Assembly (NCBI GenBank): GCA_963662585.1
Contig: OY759729.1
Coordinates: 2,784,001 to 2,848,000, forward strand
Length of the DNA: 64,000 bases
Direction: 5' to 3'
DNA from: Candidatus Cloacimonadales bacterium
GTDB taxonomy: Bacteria; Cloacimonadota; Cloacimonadia; Cloacimonadales; JAFGVF01
The notes under the pieces are model-generated. The model was given only the letters and a program-made list of their open reading frames with translations. It ran no database searches and had not been told where the DNA came from. A program made the position numbers and the translations under genes. How positions within the stretch are numbered: position 1 is the first letter of the stretch; each line of letters starts with the position of its first letter. Below are positions 32,332 to 42,717 of the stretch, one piece after another.

Positions 32332-33516
32332 ATGAGGGTAGAAAAGATAGCAAATTACAATGTAGGGATATTAAGCTCTGATGATCTATTAACTAAACAC
32401 TATGGAACTGAAAAGATAGATTTAGAAAAGTATGATTGGGCAGGATCTAAGAAAATTACTAAATCAGATACTAATAAGAAGGTGGTTTATCCTCCTGTTT
32501 CTATGCATAAACTGCTCAAATTAGCCGAGGTTAATGAATATCATAATGGTTGTATAGATGCTCAGATAATGTCCACTGTAATGGATTTTAGCTCTTCCAA
32601 TAAAAGCTTTAATGCCTGGATTGATAAGGCTGTATTTCCTGAAAATCAAGACCTTGAGCAGTTATTAGAGGAGTTTTTAAGATATTACTTAGAGTGTGGT
32701 AATGGCTTCTTATTGAAGATGAGAAATGCTAAAGGAGAATGGATTGGTTTAGAGAGGTTATTACCTACAGAGACTTTGATAATAGAAAGCTATGATAAGT
32801 ATGGTTTCTTTACTCCTGATTATCTGCAGATTAAAAACAATAAGAAGACTCTCTTTGATGGCAGAGATGTTATTCATCTTAAAAATCCTACTTATAGATC
32901 AAATGCCTGGGGATTGGCATGTTTACCTATTATCACAAGCATCTCTATTTTAGAAGAGATTAAAACCTTTGATTATAATAACTTTAAGAATGGTCTGTTA
33001 ATAGATTACTTCATTATAGTTGAGGGGGGAACTCTTAAAGATGATGTTATTGAAGATGCTGAAGGTAATGAAGTTTTGAAAGATGCTTACACAGTGATCA
33101 GAGAAACTCTGCAAGGAGCTAAAGGTAATGATGGCTCACATTCTACAGTATTAATCGAAACTGAAAGCAAAGATACCAATATCAGATTAGAGCCAATGAG
33201 ACAGCATGAGAAAGATGGTGGTTATTTAAAGCTTAAAAAGGATTTAAGAGAAGGCATTTTTGCTTATCATAGAACACCACCCAGGGTGGTAAGTCAGTTA
33301 GTAGCAGGTTCTTTAGGAGGAGATAACAATTCAGATATGATACTATTTTATAATTTCGTAATCAAGCCTCTTCAGAGTCGATTAAAAAAGGTTTTAGCAA
33401 GAGAGTTTAGTAAGGACTCGGATTTCACTTTAAAAGCGACAGAAATCGATTTTGGCGATTTGACTACTATCTTTCAGAGTGAAGATGAGAAGATATTTAA
33501 TAAGTTGAAGGGTTAA
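32332..33516 (+). CDS. Portal protein (PBSX/P2-like)
   Basis: YLECGNGFL, DVIHLKNP..WGL, NNFKNG, IFAYHRTPP, FYNFVIKPLQ. Confidence 0.85.
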   Translation: MRVEKIANYNVGILSSDDLLTKHYGTEKIDLEKYDWAGSKKITKSDTNKKVVYPPVSMHKLLKLAEVNEYHNGCIDAQIMSTVMDFSSSNKSFNAWIDKAVFPENQDLEQLLEEFLRYYLECGNGFLLKMRNAKGEWIGLERLLPTETLIIESYDKYGFFTPDYLQIKNNKKTLFDGRDVIHLKNPTYRSNAWGLACLPIITSISILEEIKTFDYNNFKNGLLIDYFIIVEGGTLKDDVIEDAEGNEVLKDAYTVIRETLQGAKGNDGSHSTVLIETESKDTNIRLEPMRQHEKDGGYLKLKKDLREGIFAYHRTPPRVVSQLVAGSLGGDNNSDMILFYNFVIKPLQSRLKKVLAREFSKDSDFTLKATEIDFGDLTTIFQSEDEKIFNKLKG

Positions 33517-33641
33517 GGGAAACACCCCCTGTGTCCCCCTCGTGGAGGGGGATTAAGAGGAATACCACCCCGTCTCGGAAATACCGAGACACCCCTCCGA
33601 GGAGGGGAATGGTTCCCAGTAAAAACAATGGAGGAAAAAGA

Positions 33642-35405
33642 ATGTTTTTTAAGAAAAGAAAACAGTTAAAAAAGGGTGAATTAAGAGATATTGATGTTGA
33701 TTATGTATCACTCTTGTTTGATGACATGAATCCAGCTAATCGCAAAGGGTATGTGTTTAAGTGTGAAGATGGTAAAAAGCGTATTATCAAAGGTATTTCT
33801 AAGAAATACAAGTCTGAAGTTATTGGAGATACAGGTTACTTGTATGTAACAGTTATGGAACCAAGTGTTAAAGATACTCAAGATGATCATGCTAATGAGA
33901 TTGAGGTTCAGAAGGCTTGTGAGAAATTTGCTAAGAAGGGATTAACAGGCAAGAATGATGTAAATCATAATGGCAAGGTAGTTAATGACTTCTTCATTCC
34001 TGAGAATTACATCCTTAAATCAGCTGATCCTGTGCATTATCCTAATACAAAGCTTAAATCCTGGGTTCAGGTTATTAAGTGTGAAAACTTAGAGAGTGAC
34101 TTATGGAAGAAAGTTGAAAAAGGTCAGTTTAATGGTGTTTCTTTAGCAGGTGAAGCTAACGACATTGGAGATAATCATGATGAGATAATCAAGAGTATTG
34201 AAAAGAGTTTAGCTTCTTTAGTCAGCTTAAAGAAATCAGCTGATGGTGAAGGTTCTAATGAAGTGGCAGATCAAATTGCAAAGTTAGAGGGTGAAATAGC
34301 TAAGCTAAAAGACTCTAATAAAACAGATGACACAAGTGTGGAAGAAGTACTCAAGAGCATTCAGAAGTCTATCAAAGAGACCTCTGAAGCTGTTAATAAA
34401 GCAATATCAAAATCACTTAAAGGAGAAGCAGAAAAGGAGTTGGTTGTGGATAAAGAGATATTAATCAATGGTGCAAAGGTTGTAGTTAAGGGAAGTCATA
34501 AAGAGATTTATAAGGGAATAGCTGATGTAGATGGTGGTCAAAAGATGAATATCTTAACTCCTAATACTACCAGTTTATTCATTGATGAAGTTGTTGAAAG
34601 CAGAGGAAGTGATACTCTTAGTGATATCACAGTTGTTCCACTTATTAAAGATGAGAAGATTGATGCTGGCTTGATTGAAGATTTGATCTTCAAAAATAGT
34701 ATTGATGGAGCTTTAACAGGTCAGGAAGTAGGCACTTCTGATATTGAATGTCCTACTGGTATCTTATTTGCTGAGTTTATGTTAGGTCGAGATGTAGTGG
34801 AATTCTACAAAGATAAGCATGGAGAAGAAGCTTTTGGTGCTTATGTAGAGCAAAAAATAGCTTCTAAGGCTGAGAAAGCTTTAAGAACTCTGCTCTTTAA
34901 AGGTGATAGAACTTCAGCTAATGCAAAGTTTAAAGCTCTTAATGGAGTGATTAAACTTGCTTCTGCTGGCAGTGATATTACAGAAATTGATGCTTCTACT
35001 TATGACACATGGGTTAAGAGATTTGAACAAGCTTTACTTGGCTTTGAAGATGATATCTTAGAAGAACAAGAAAACTTCAATATCTATGTTTCTCACAGAG
35101 AGTTAATTAAAATCAGAACTGAGCTTGGTGATAGACAGACTAATGCTGGTGATAAGCTTATTCTTGAAGGTGGTAAAATCTCCTTCACTGGTATTCCAGT
35201 TAAAGGTAGATTAATGCCTGAAGGCTATATTGTAGCAGGATTAAGTAAGTTCATCATTATTGGCTACAGAACTGATGCAGAGCTTAAATTAGAGCATCAT
35301 GGCTCAGATTGGAAGTATCACTGGTACATTAGAGTAAGACCTGGGATAACTTATGTTCCTAACTTTGTGAAAGTGTATCAATTAGCTACTCCTACACAAG
35401 GATAA
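33642..35405 (+). CDS. XkdF-like prohead protease, scaffold and major capsid fusion
   Basis: VDYVSL..PAN, DTQDD, DVNH, WKKVEKGQFNGVSLAG; central coiled coil; LFKGD..LNGVIKLA capsid motif; GGAGG RBS before ATG 33642. Confidence 0.8.
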   Translation: MFFKKRKQLKKGELRDIDVDYVSLLFDDMNPANRKGYVFKCEDGKKRIIKGISKKYKSEVIGDTGYLYVTVMEPSVKDTQDDHANEIEVQKACEKFAKKGLTGKNDVNHNGKVVNDFFIPENYILKSADPVHYPNTKLKSWVQVIKCENLESDLWKKVEKGQFNGVSLAGEANDIGDNHDEIIKSIEKSLASLVSLKKSADGEGSNEVADQIAKLEGEIAKLKDSNKTDDTSVEEVLKSIQKSIKETSEAVNKAISKSLKGEAEKELVVDKEILINGAKVVVKGSHKEIYKGIADVDGGQKMNILTPNTTSLFIDEVVESRGSDTLSDITVVPLIKDEKIDAGLIEDLIFKNSIDGALTGQEVGTSDIECPTGILFAEFMLGRDVVEFYKDKHGEEAFGAYVEQKIASKAEKALRTLLFKGDRTSANAKFKALNGVIKLASAGSDITEIDASTYDTWVKRFEQALLGFEDDILEEQENFNIYVSHRELIKIRTELGDRQTNAGDKLILEGGKISFTGIPVKGRLMPEGYIVAGLSKFIIIGYRTDAELKLEHHGSDWKYHWYIRVRPGITYVPNFVKVYQLATPTQG

Positions 35406-35416
35406 GGAGGTAGATC

Positions 35417-35950
35417 ATGGGTATGGCACCAACTGCATTAGATAAACAAGTTAGTGATTTCCAGGAACAGATAGCAGTTTTTAATCATGGTTCTAGCTGG
35501 ATAGGAGATGGTTCTTTTAGTGATATAGGTGAAATCCCTCCTGAAGTATTGTTAAATCAAGGAGAATTTGAAGGTTTTCTATCTTCAATGTTTACTCCAA
35601 TCTCAGATTTGGGAGAGAATCCAGGTAAAGAAGAATCTAAGGTAGCTAAGTTTAAAACTACAAACTTCTTAATTGAAGGTAAGCGTACTAACACAATCGA
35701 ACTGACTTTAATAGGTCTTAATCAGGTTAGAAAAGACTGGCTTGAAACACAGTTAAATAAAGCAATTAGGACTATTGCTTTATGGTCAGCTGATAAAGCA
35801 AGCTGTTTAATCTTCAATGGTATGAGATGGAGCTATGAGAGAAGTAATGAGTTTAATGGCTTATATACAGCTACTATAAGTACTGAATACTCAGGTCCTA
35901 CTAAGGATAGGTATTTTATCATAGATGGTATCCCTGAAACTGCTGTGTAA
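35417..35950 (+). CDS. Putative major tail tube protein
   Basis: Follows the capsid gene, strong RBS, beta-rich 177 aa. Confidence 0.5.
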   Translation: MGMAPTALDKQVSDFQEQIAVFNHGSSWIGDGSFSDIGEIPPEVLLNQGEFEGFLSSMFTPISDLGENPGKEESKVAKFKTTNFLIEGKRTNTIELTLIGLNQVRKDWLETQLNKAIRTIALWSADKASCLIFNGMRWSYERSNEFNGLYTATISTEYSGPTKDRYFIIDGIPETAV

Positions 35951-35967
35951 ATCAGTAAGGAGAAGAG

Positions 35968-36165
35968 ATGTCAGTATGCGAACACCACGAGAGTTTAGTA
36001 GGAGATATTAAAGATATCAAAAAGAAGTTAGATGGTAATGGCAGACCTGGGATATTAGAGAGATTAAGCAGAGTGGAAACTAAGCTAAATATAGTCATCT
36101 GGTTGAATGGGTTAATGGCTGGAGTAATGATAGCCAGTGTTTTGAAACCGATAATAGGAGGATAA
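35968..36165 (+). CDS. Small holin-like membrane protein
   Basis: GNGRPG..RLSRVE plus C-terminal TM helix. Confidence 0.55.
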   Translation: MSVCEHHESLVGDIKDIKKKLDGNGRPGILERLSRVETKLNIVIWLNGLMAGVMIASVLKPIIGG

Positions 36166-36166
36166 G

Positions 36167-36574
36167 ATGAGTGAATTACTAAATCATCCTGCAGTAGTAT
36201 CTGCAATAAGTGTGGTAGTAACAATGATCATTATAGGAGTAGTTTATTTGATTAGAAAGAAAATGCTTTCTATCGATAGTGTACTTCCTACTGTTCAAAG
36301 AGTAATAGAAGCGATACTGGGTGCTTCCAGGTATGAACATCCAGCATCACAAATAGAGAAGGATATTAAGAATATTCCTTCTGCTGAAATGGCTAAATTA
36401 GCTAAGAAACTAGCAACGGATAATCCAGTGCAGAAAGTATATGATATTGTGACAGAACCTGCTAGGAGAGCAGGAGAGCAAGATGGTTCAGGTTGGCTTA
36501 AAAACTTAGCTACTGGATTAGGTCGAACGGCTATGACTGGACTTGCACAAGGATTAGCAAAGAAGCTGTTTTAG
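36167..36574 (+). CDS. Membrane protein, possible holin
   Basis: N-terminal TM helix; follows the holin-like gene. Confidence 0.5.
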   Translation: MSELLNHPAVVSAISVVVTMIIIGVVYLIRKKMLSIDSVLPTVQRVIEAILGASRYEHPASQIEKDIKNIPSAEMAKLAKKLATDNPVQKVYDIVTEPARRAGEQDGSGWLKNLATGLGRTAMTGLAQGLAKKLF

Positions 36575-36653
36575 AGAAACACCCCCTTTTGTCCCCCTCG
36601 CTGAGGGGGATAAGAGAAGATGCCTGCAGGATGCAGGCGTTCCCAGTAATATA

Positions 36654-37449
36654 ATGGAGAAATAAAACATTCGAGAGTAGTATAATAGGCTGGGTAGGAG
36701 GAAAGAGACTTTTAAGAAAAAGGATCATTCCACTTATCCCAAAACATAATTGGTACTGTGAGCCATTTGGTGGAGCAGGTTGGATTTTATTTGCTAAAAG
36801 CAATGATGCGAAAGATTGGAAAATAGAGAATAAACCGAATTACCGAGAGATATTTAATGATATTAATGGTGATTTGATAAACTTCTGGAGATATATCAAA
36901 TACCACCCAGATGCTTTTCATAAGGAGTTAGAACAATACATGGCTTCCAGAGAGCTTTTTAAAGAGATGATAGAAATGAAACCTAGAACAGACTTAGAGA
37001 GAGCTGTATTCTTTTATTATAAGCTATCTTGTTCTTTTGGTGGATTATCTCGTTCATTTGCTTTAAGAGGTGGTTCTAACATTATCCCTCTATTCAATAA
37101 GGATAAAGTTGATAAAGCTTCTAAAAGGCTGGCTAATGTGGTAATAGATAACCTTAGCTTTGAGAAGTTAATTACTAAGTATGATAGGGAGTTTACCTTC
37201 TTTTATGTTGATCCTCCTTACTATGAGAAAGAGAAACTTTATGACAGAGATTCTGTTGATGCTTTTACTCAGCATAAGAAACTTAGAGAGCTTCTTGGTA
37301 AGGTAAAAGGCAAATGGTTACTCTCTTATAATGATCATCCTAAAGTAAGAGAATTATACAAAGGTTATGATATCCAGGAGGCTGAAACACTTTATTCTCT
37401 ATCAGGGAAAACAATACCAAAGACAGAGATTCTGATAAAGAACTATTAA
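36654..37449 (+). CDS. Dam-like (D12 class) DNA adenine methyltransferase, start codon out of frame
   Basis: Frame open from about 36655: WVGGKRLL, YCEPFGGAG, NDINGDLINF, FYVDPPY, LLSYND; ATG at 36654 is one base out of frame. Confidence 0.8.
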
Positions 37450-37589
37450 ACAAGGGCAGACTGCGGTCTGCCTTATTATTAAAGGATCATACGATTATGA
37501 GAAATGAAGATATTATGGTATCGCTTCGCGATGAAGATTTAAAAAGCGGATGTGGTCATCCGCACTCCCAGTTATAAAAGGAGGAAAGC

Positions 37590-37883
37590 ATGAAGGTATA
37601 TGATGATATAAATACATTAAAAAGGGCTTGGGATATTTTAAAAGAGTGTGGCTTAGAGTTTCTGTTAACTGGAATATCAGGAGACTTAGAAATAGATGCA
37701 GTAAAACTCCTAAACAAATTACTATCAGAAGACAAGTTGGTTGAGTTTATGCAGGTTATTACTCATGATAATACTGCTTCTTTTGAGTATATGAAGCTAT
37801 CTGAGGTGGCAGAGATTGCGAATTCTTTTTTTACCACTTCTGGAGCAGGCTTGGGTGCTTTTCTGGGTCTAAGAAAAGCGTAA
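37590..37883 (+). CDS. Tail assembly chaperone, with a -1 frameshift extension to 38011
   Basis: Upstream of the tape measure gene; slippery T7 at 37826-37832; -1 frame open to TGA 38009-38011. Confidence 0.75.
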   Translation: MKVYDDINTLKRAWDILKECGLEFLLTGISGDLEIDAVKLLNKLLSEDKLVEFMQVITHDNTASFEYMKLSEVAEIANSFFTTSGAGLGAFLGLRKA

Positions 37884-38007
37884 AGCATAAGCATAACATC
37901 TTTAGAGATTATTACTTATCATTAAGTATGTTAGGCTTAAACTGTAATGAGATAAGTATTGATGAAGCATACTATTACATAAACAAGGTTAATTCGGAGA
38001 CTAAGAG

Positions 38008-40881
38008 ATGAAACAGCAAAGATTAGTATTAAAAGTGGTTGTTGATGGTGACCAGGCTCAAGCATCTTTAAATCAGTTAGAAGGAACATCTAAAAACCTA
38101 GTTAATAAGATTGTAGATTTTGGTGTTAAAGGTGGTGTAGCCTTTTACGCTGTTAAATCTGCAGTTACTGGTCTTTATAATGGTATAAAGGGTTTGCTTG
38201 ATGCTCATTTAGAACAAGAGAAAGCTAACAGGCTCGTTACTCTTGCCTTTAAAGAACAGACTTCAGAGATGCAGAAATTTGCTAGTGCTATTCAGAAAGT
38301 AACTAACTATGGAGATGAGCAAACTCTGCCTTTAATGGCTAAGCTCTCTACTACTTATAAGCTTACAAGTGAAGAGATTAAACAATTAACTCCCTTATTA
38401 TTAGACTTTGCTGATGCTAATGCTTCTACTGGGATGTCTATCTCTTCAGCTTTTGATCTTATGGGTAGAGCTGTTAATGGTCATACAGATATGCTAAGCA
38501 GATATGGTATAGAGCTTGATAAAGCAAGACTAAAACAAGAAGGTGTGAGCTACTTAGTAGAAAAGTTAGCTCAAGACTATCAAGGAACTGCTAGAGCTTT
38601 AGCTGATACAAGACTGCAATCTGCCAATGCTATTGGAGACTTGAAAGAAGAAATGGGAAGATTGCTTTCTAATGTAATGGATCCTTTTATTAGAAAGACT
38701 TTAGAAGCTACTTACAAGCTTAATGATTTCTTTGCTCAAATGGGAAAGAGTAACAATCTAAGCAAGGCAAATCAGGAAATTGCAGAGCAAAGTTTAAGGT
38801 TTGAAACTTTGACTTCCAGGTTAAGAGTGCTTGGTGATGTAACAAACTCTACTGATGCTGATAAGGAGCTTTTTAGATCTACTTTAGTTGAGCTTAAAGA
38901 TACCTTTGGTGGCTATATTGGTGAAGTTGATACTACTATAACTAAATACCAGGACTTAGTAGATGCTGTAGATTCTGCAAGAGATGCTATGATTAGAGAA
39001 GCAGGTTCTAAGATGGCATTAGCTGAGAATCAGGACCTTATAGAGCAGATAGCTAAAGATAAGGTTTCTATGCAAGAAAGCTATGATAATATTGCTGAAT
39101 ACCAGGTAAAACTAAAAGAGTGGAAAGACTCCTATAATGAGGCTTTAGATAGTGATTTAGGTGATGCTGTTTTATCTAAATATGAGACTTATATCTCTAA
39201 ATATGAAGCTTTGATTACTGATAATGAAGAAAAGATTGAGAAACTGAAAAACAATATTGAGACTTCCCACAAGAAGATTGATGATATTCAGAAGTTTTAT
39301 GCTTCTGCCTTTGAAAAGAATACAAGTCTCATAATTAATAGTCAAGGGACTTTCACTGAGAGACTTCAAGCTGTTGATGAGCTTTATAATAAGGGTAAGC
39401 TTGAGAAGTTAAGTTTAGAATTAAAGCAAACAAGAGAGACTTATGAAGCTATTTCTGAGAGTGAAATTGATGCTAAATTAGAAGCTTATACAAAAATAAA
39501 AGAAATAGAGAAAGAAATTGAAACTGAGAAAGAAAACCAAAGGAAAGAAGCTGAAAGCAAACTCTTAGAAAGACAGGCATTAGAAGAAAAGTATTCTTTA
39601 TTATCTATTGAAGATGAGAAAGAAAGAGCAATCAAAGAGCTTGAAATACTTAGAGATAAAGAACTTGCTAAGGCTGATGAGCTTAAAGTTGGTGCTGAGA
39701 AAAGAAAGCAAATAGAAGAATACTATGCTAAAGAGATTGCTAAAGTAAAAGAAGCTGAATCAGAGACAAAAACAGATGTAGTAGCAAAACAAGAGAAAGT
39801 CTTCCAGGATAAACTTGCCCGGTTGAGAATAGAAAAAGAGCTAGGATTAGCTACTTATGATGAGCTAAAGCAGGCTTTGAGTGATTATGCTGAATTTGCT
39901 AAAAGAGCTTATGGAGAGCAATCTAATGAATATCTTAATGCTTTAAATGATATGAGAATGGCAAATATGTCTTGGGGTTCTAACCTTAGAGATATCTGGA
40001 AAGATGCTTTTAATAACCTTTATCAAGAAGGCTTCGAAGAGGGAGAATATGGACTAGTTAAAAGAGAAGAAGCTTATATTAACTATCTTAGCAGGCTTAT
40101 AGCTAAAGAGAAAGAAGGTTCTGCTACTAAGAAGGCATTAGAGTCTGAAGTATTTAAACACCAGGTTGAATTAGAGAAATCTAAAACAGAGCTTGTAAAG
40201 GATGGAGTAGCTTCTACTTTAGAGATGGGCTCTAGGCTAATGACTGCTTATCAAGGACAATCTAAATCAATGTTTAACATAGGTAAAGCTCTTGCTATTG
40301 CTAATGCAGGGATGAATACATTTGAAGGTGTAACCAAGGCTATTGCTTCTTATCCTCCTCCTATATCTATCATTATGGCAGGTATTCAGAGTGCTTTAGG
40401 TCTTGCTGAAGTAGATAAAATTAGAAAGACAAAGTTTGCTCCTAAAGCTAAGTATGGTGGTTTATCAGGCTTATTAAAAGGACCTTCTCATGCTAATGGT
40501 GGCATCTTAATAGAGGCTGAAGGTAAGGAGTATATCACCCAGGGTAAGAGAGTTGATGAATTAGGAGTTGGTTTCTTTGACTTCATTAATTATGCTCCTT
40601 TAGAAAACATAAAGAAGGCTTTTAGTGGAGTGTCAATCCCTGATGTTCCTGGTCCTGCAGTAAGTCCTAACTTTGCTTATGCTACAGGTGGTTTAGTATC
40701 TTCAAACAATTCTTTCATTAATGATCTAATCACTGAAATCAGATCTTTAAGACAAGAATTTAGAGAAAAGAATATGACTGTAAATAACTACATCTCTGCC
40801 AATGAAGTAATTGATAAGGCTGATAGTGCTAAGTTTAATGAAAAGAATGAAGAAGGAAGTATTGTGAGGAGCAGATGGTAG
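38008..40881 (+). CDS. Tail tape measure protein
   Basis: 957-aa helical/coiled-coil; GPSHANGG..EAEGKEYI, FAYATGG C-terminus. Confidence 0.88.
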   Translation: MKQQRLVLKVVVDGDQAQASLNQLEGTSKNLVNKIVDFGVKGGVAFYAVKSAVTGLYNGIKGLLDAHLEQEKANRLVTLAFKEQTSEMQKFASAIQKVTNYGDEQTLPLMAKLSTTYKLTSEEIKQLTPLLLDFADANASTGMSISSAFDLMGRAVNGHTDMLSRYGIELDKARLKQEGVSYLVEKLAQDYQGTARALADTRLQSANAIGDLKEEMGRLLSNVMDPFIRKTLEATYKLNDFFAQMGKSNNLSKANQEIAEQSLRFETLTSRLRVLGDVTNSTDADKELFRSTLVELKDTFGGYIGEVDTTITKYQDLVDAVDSARDAMIREAGSKMALAENQDLIEQIAKDKVSMQESYDNIAEYQVKLKEWKDSYNEALDSDLGDAVLSKYETYISKYEALITDNEEKIEKLKNNIETSHKKIDDIQKFYASAFEKNTSLIINSQGTFTERLQAVDELYNKGKLEKLSLELKQTRETYEAISESEIDAKLEAYTKIKEIEKEIETEKENQRKEAESKLLERQALEEKYSLLSIEDEKERAIKELEILRDKELAKADELKVGAEKRKQIEEYYAKEIAKVKEAESETKTDVVAKQEKVFQDKLARLRIEKELGLATYDELKQALSDYAEFAKRAYGEQSNEYLNALNDMRMANMSWGSNLRDIWKDAFNNLYQEGFEEGEYGLVKREEAYINYLSRLIAKEKEGSATKKALESEVFKHQVELEKSKTELVKDGVASTLEMGSRLMTAYQGQSKSMFNIGKALAIANAGMNTFEGVTKAIASYPPPISIIMAGIQSALGLAEVDKIRKTKFAPKAKYGGLSGLLKGPSHANGGILIEAEGKEYITQGKRVDELGVGFFDFINYAPLENIKKAFSGVSIPDVPGPAVSPNFAYATGGLVSSNNSFINDLITEIRSLRQEFREKNMTVNNYISANEVIDKADSAKFNEKNEEGSIVRSRW

Positions 40882-42269
40882 ATTATAGAGTAGAGTTTGT
40901 TACTGCTGAATTTGGCTTTAATCCTGTAGTTTATAACTTCAATACTGGTTTAATTAATATAGAATACTCTCCTCAGAAGGTAGCTATCAATAACAACTTT
41001 GACCAGGAACCTGATAGAGTTGAAATTGAGATTATTCTGGATGATTGGCTTAAGGCTAACCTGGTTAATGGTCTTGAAGTTAGAAATGCTATTAGTAGCT
41101 ATGATATTAAGGTTTATAGGGGCAATATCCTTGATTTTAGAGGTGCTGTGCTTTTAGAGGGACTTGGATTCAAACATCCCGATAAAGTGCTTAAATTTAA
41201 GGCTTATTCCTATTCTCATTTGCTAAATTTAGAAAAAGATGCTAGCTACTTCCCTGCTAATAGGACTTTAGATCTTATCATGAGTGGGATAAGTCAGAAG
41301 GTAGCTGAAAGGTATAACAGAACTTCTAACTTCCTGGATAAAAACATTATCTATAACAATACTGAACTGACTGATTATGCCTTCTATGAGATAGCCTCCT
41401 TTTATGAGACTGCCTGCTTAGAAAGGACTTCAGATATTGGTTATGACAGCTATACTCTTCCTTTTCACAATGATGCTATAATAATTAAGTTTAGGAGGAT
41501 TGATTGGGTTATCACAGAAAGAGATGTACTTAATCAAGGAGATAACGACTATACTTTATTAATGAGGAGTTTTGTTGCTGAAATATCAAATAAAGTCTGT
41601 ATTGATATGGATATCCAGAGTGAGAAGATTGGAGATTACTCTTCTCTTGATAGTGCTAGAAATGCTATTGAAACAGCTAAAGAAGATTATCCTGATCACT
41701 ATGAAGACACTTCCTGGATTGGCAGGAGAGAATATTCCTTCCTTGAGATATATGGAACTACTTATAAGGTTGCTTCTGATAACAGAACTCTTACCATTTC
41801 AGGCAAAGTATTTCCAACTTCCTTAATCTTAAAATCTGATAATAGAAAGTATCTTACTGCCTTAAAATGCTTCCTGGTAATTCATAACTTCACTATTATC
41901 AAAAGAGAGGCTGATGGCTTCTTAAGGATAGTCAGAAACCACTGGGGTAATACTGATCATGGAGATATAACAAGTGATGTAACTGAATGTGAGGAGATTA
42001 GGAATTTTAAACAGGTAGTGCCTGATTTTAGCTGTTTAGATGCTCTCTACAATTCTGCTGAACCATTGATAATTCTCTTAACTGACTATTATACTTCAAT
42101 TGCTAATAAAGCAATCAAATACAAGCTTAAAATAGATGATATAAACAAGAATAACCTGTCTGTCTTTGATATAATAAGAGTTAAGGAAGAACAGTTATTC
42201 CTTACAGAGCTTAAAAGAGACTATATCAAAGATGAATACCAGGCAATAGCATGGAGGACTAATGTATAA
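40875..42269 (+). CDS. Putative tail tip/hub protein
   Basis: Overlaps the tape measure stop; position. Confidence 0.5.
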   Translation: MVDYRVEFVTAEFGFNPVVYNFNTGLINIEYSPQKVAINNNFDQEPDRVEIEIILDDWLKANLVNGLEVRNAISSYDIKVYRGNILDFRGAVLLEGLGFKHPDKVLKFKAYSYSHLLNLEKDASYFPANRTLDLIMSGISQKVAERYNRTSNFLDKNIIYNNTELTDYAFYEIASFYETACLERTSDIGYDSYTLPFHNDAIIIKFRRIDWVITERDVLNQGDNDYTLLMRSFVAEISNKVCIDMDIQSEKIGDYSSLDSARNAIETAKEDYPDHYEDTSWIGRREYSFLEIYGTTYKVASDNRTLTISGKVFPTSLILKSDNRKYLTALKCFLVIHNFTIIKREADGFLRIVRNHWGNTDHGDITSDVTECEEIRNFKQVVPDFSCLDALYNSAEPLIILLTDYYTSIANKAIKYKLKIDDINKNNLSVFDIIRVKEEQLFLTELKRDYIKDEYQAIAWRTNV

Positions 42270-42705
42270 TAAAGAAGTAAGATTTATCAGAATAGCTTCC
42301 AGTGTTTCAATGCTTACCTTAGAACATGCTGAAGTAGATTATTCTCCTCATAAGAAGTACTTGATTGATAAGACTAATGCCTATGATCCTACTATAACGA
42401 TCAGGAGAGAGCCTTATTATGAAGATAGCTTTAAAGTTGATGCTATCCTAAATACTGATCAATATAACGAGCTTAAGGACTACCTGATGGAAGAAGGTAA
42501 GCTTTATATTGAATATTATGATGAAACTGGTAAGAAGCAATTCCCTGTGATTATAGAGAAATACCCTAGTCAGGTTGATGACTTAAGATACTTTACTGAA
42601 GTAACAAGAATTGAATTAAAAGCAATATATAAAGAACTATCTCCAATTAACTATGATGAGGCTCCTGGATGGGGTAACTCATGGGGTTTAAGCTGGGGAT
42701 ACTAA
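42262..42705 (+). CDS. Putative distal tail protein
   Basis: Position; GWGNSWGLSWG C-terminus. Confidence 0.45.
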   Translation: MYNKEVRFIRIASSVSMLTLEHAEVDYSPHKKYLIDKTNAYDPTITIRREPYYEDSFKVDAILNTDQYNELKDYLMEEGKLYIEYYDETGKKQFPVIIEKYPSQVDDLRYFTEVTRIELKAIYKELSPINYDEAPGWGNSWGLSWGY

Positions 42706-42717
42706 AAGGAGGATAAT

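Noticed and set aside
33531..33641. N-terminal extension of the capsid ORF
   Set aside because: Translation of intergenic repeats; the RBS supports ATG 33642
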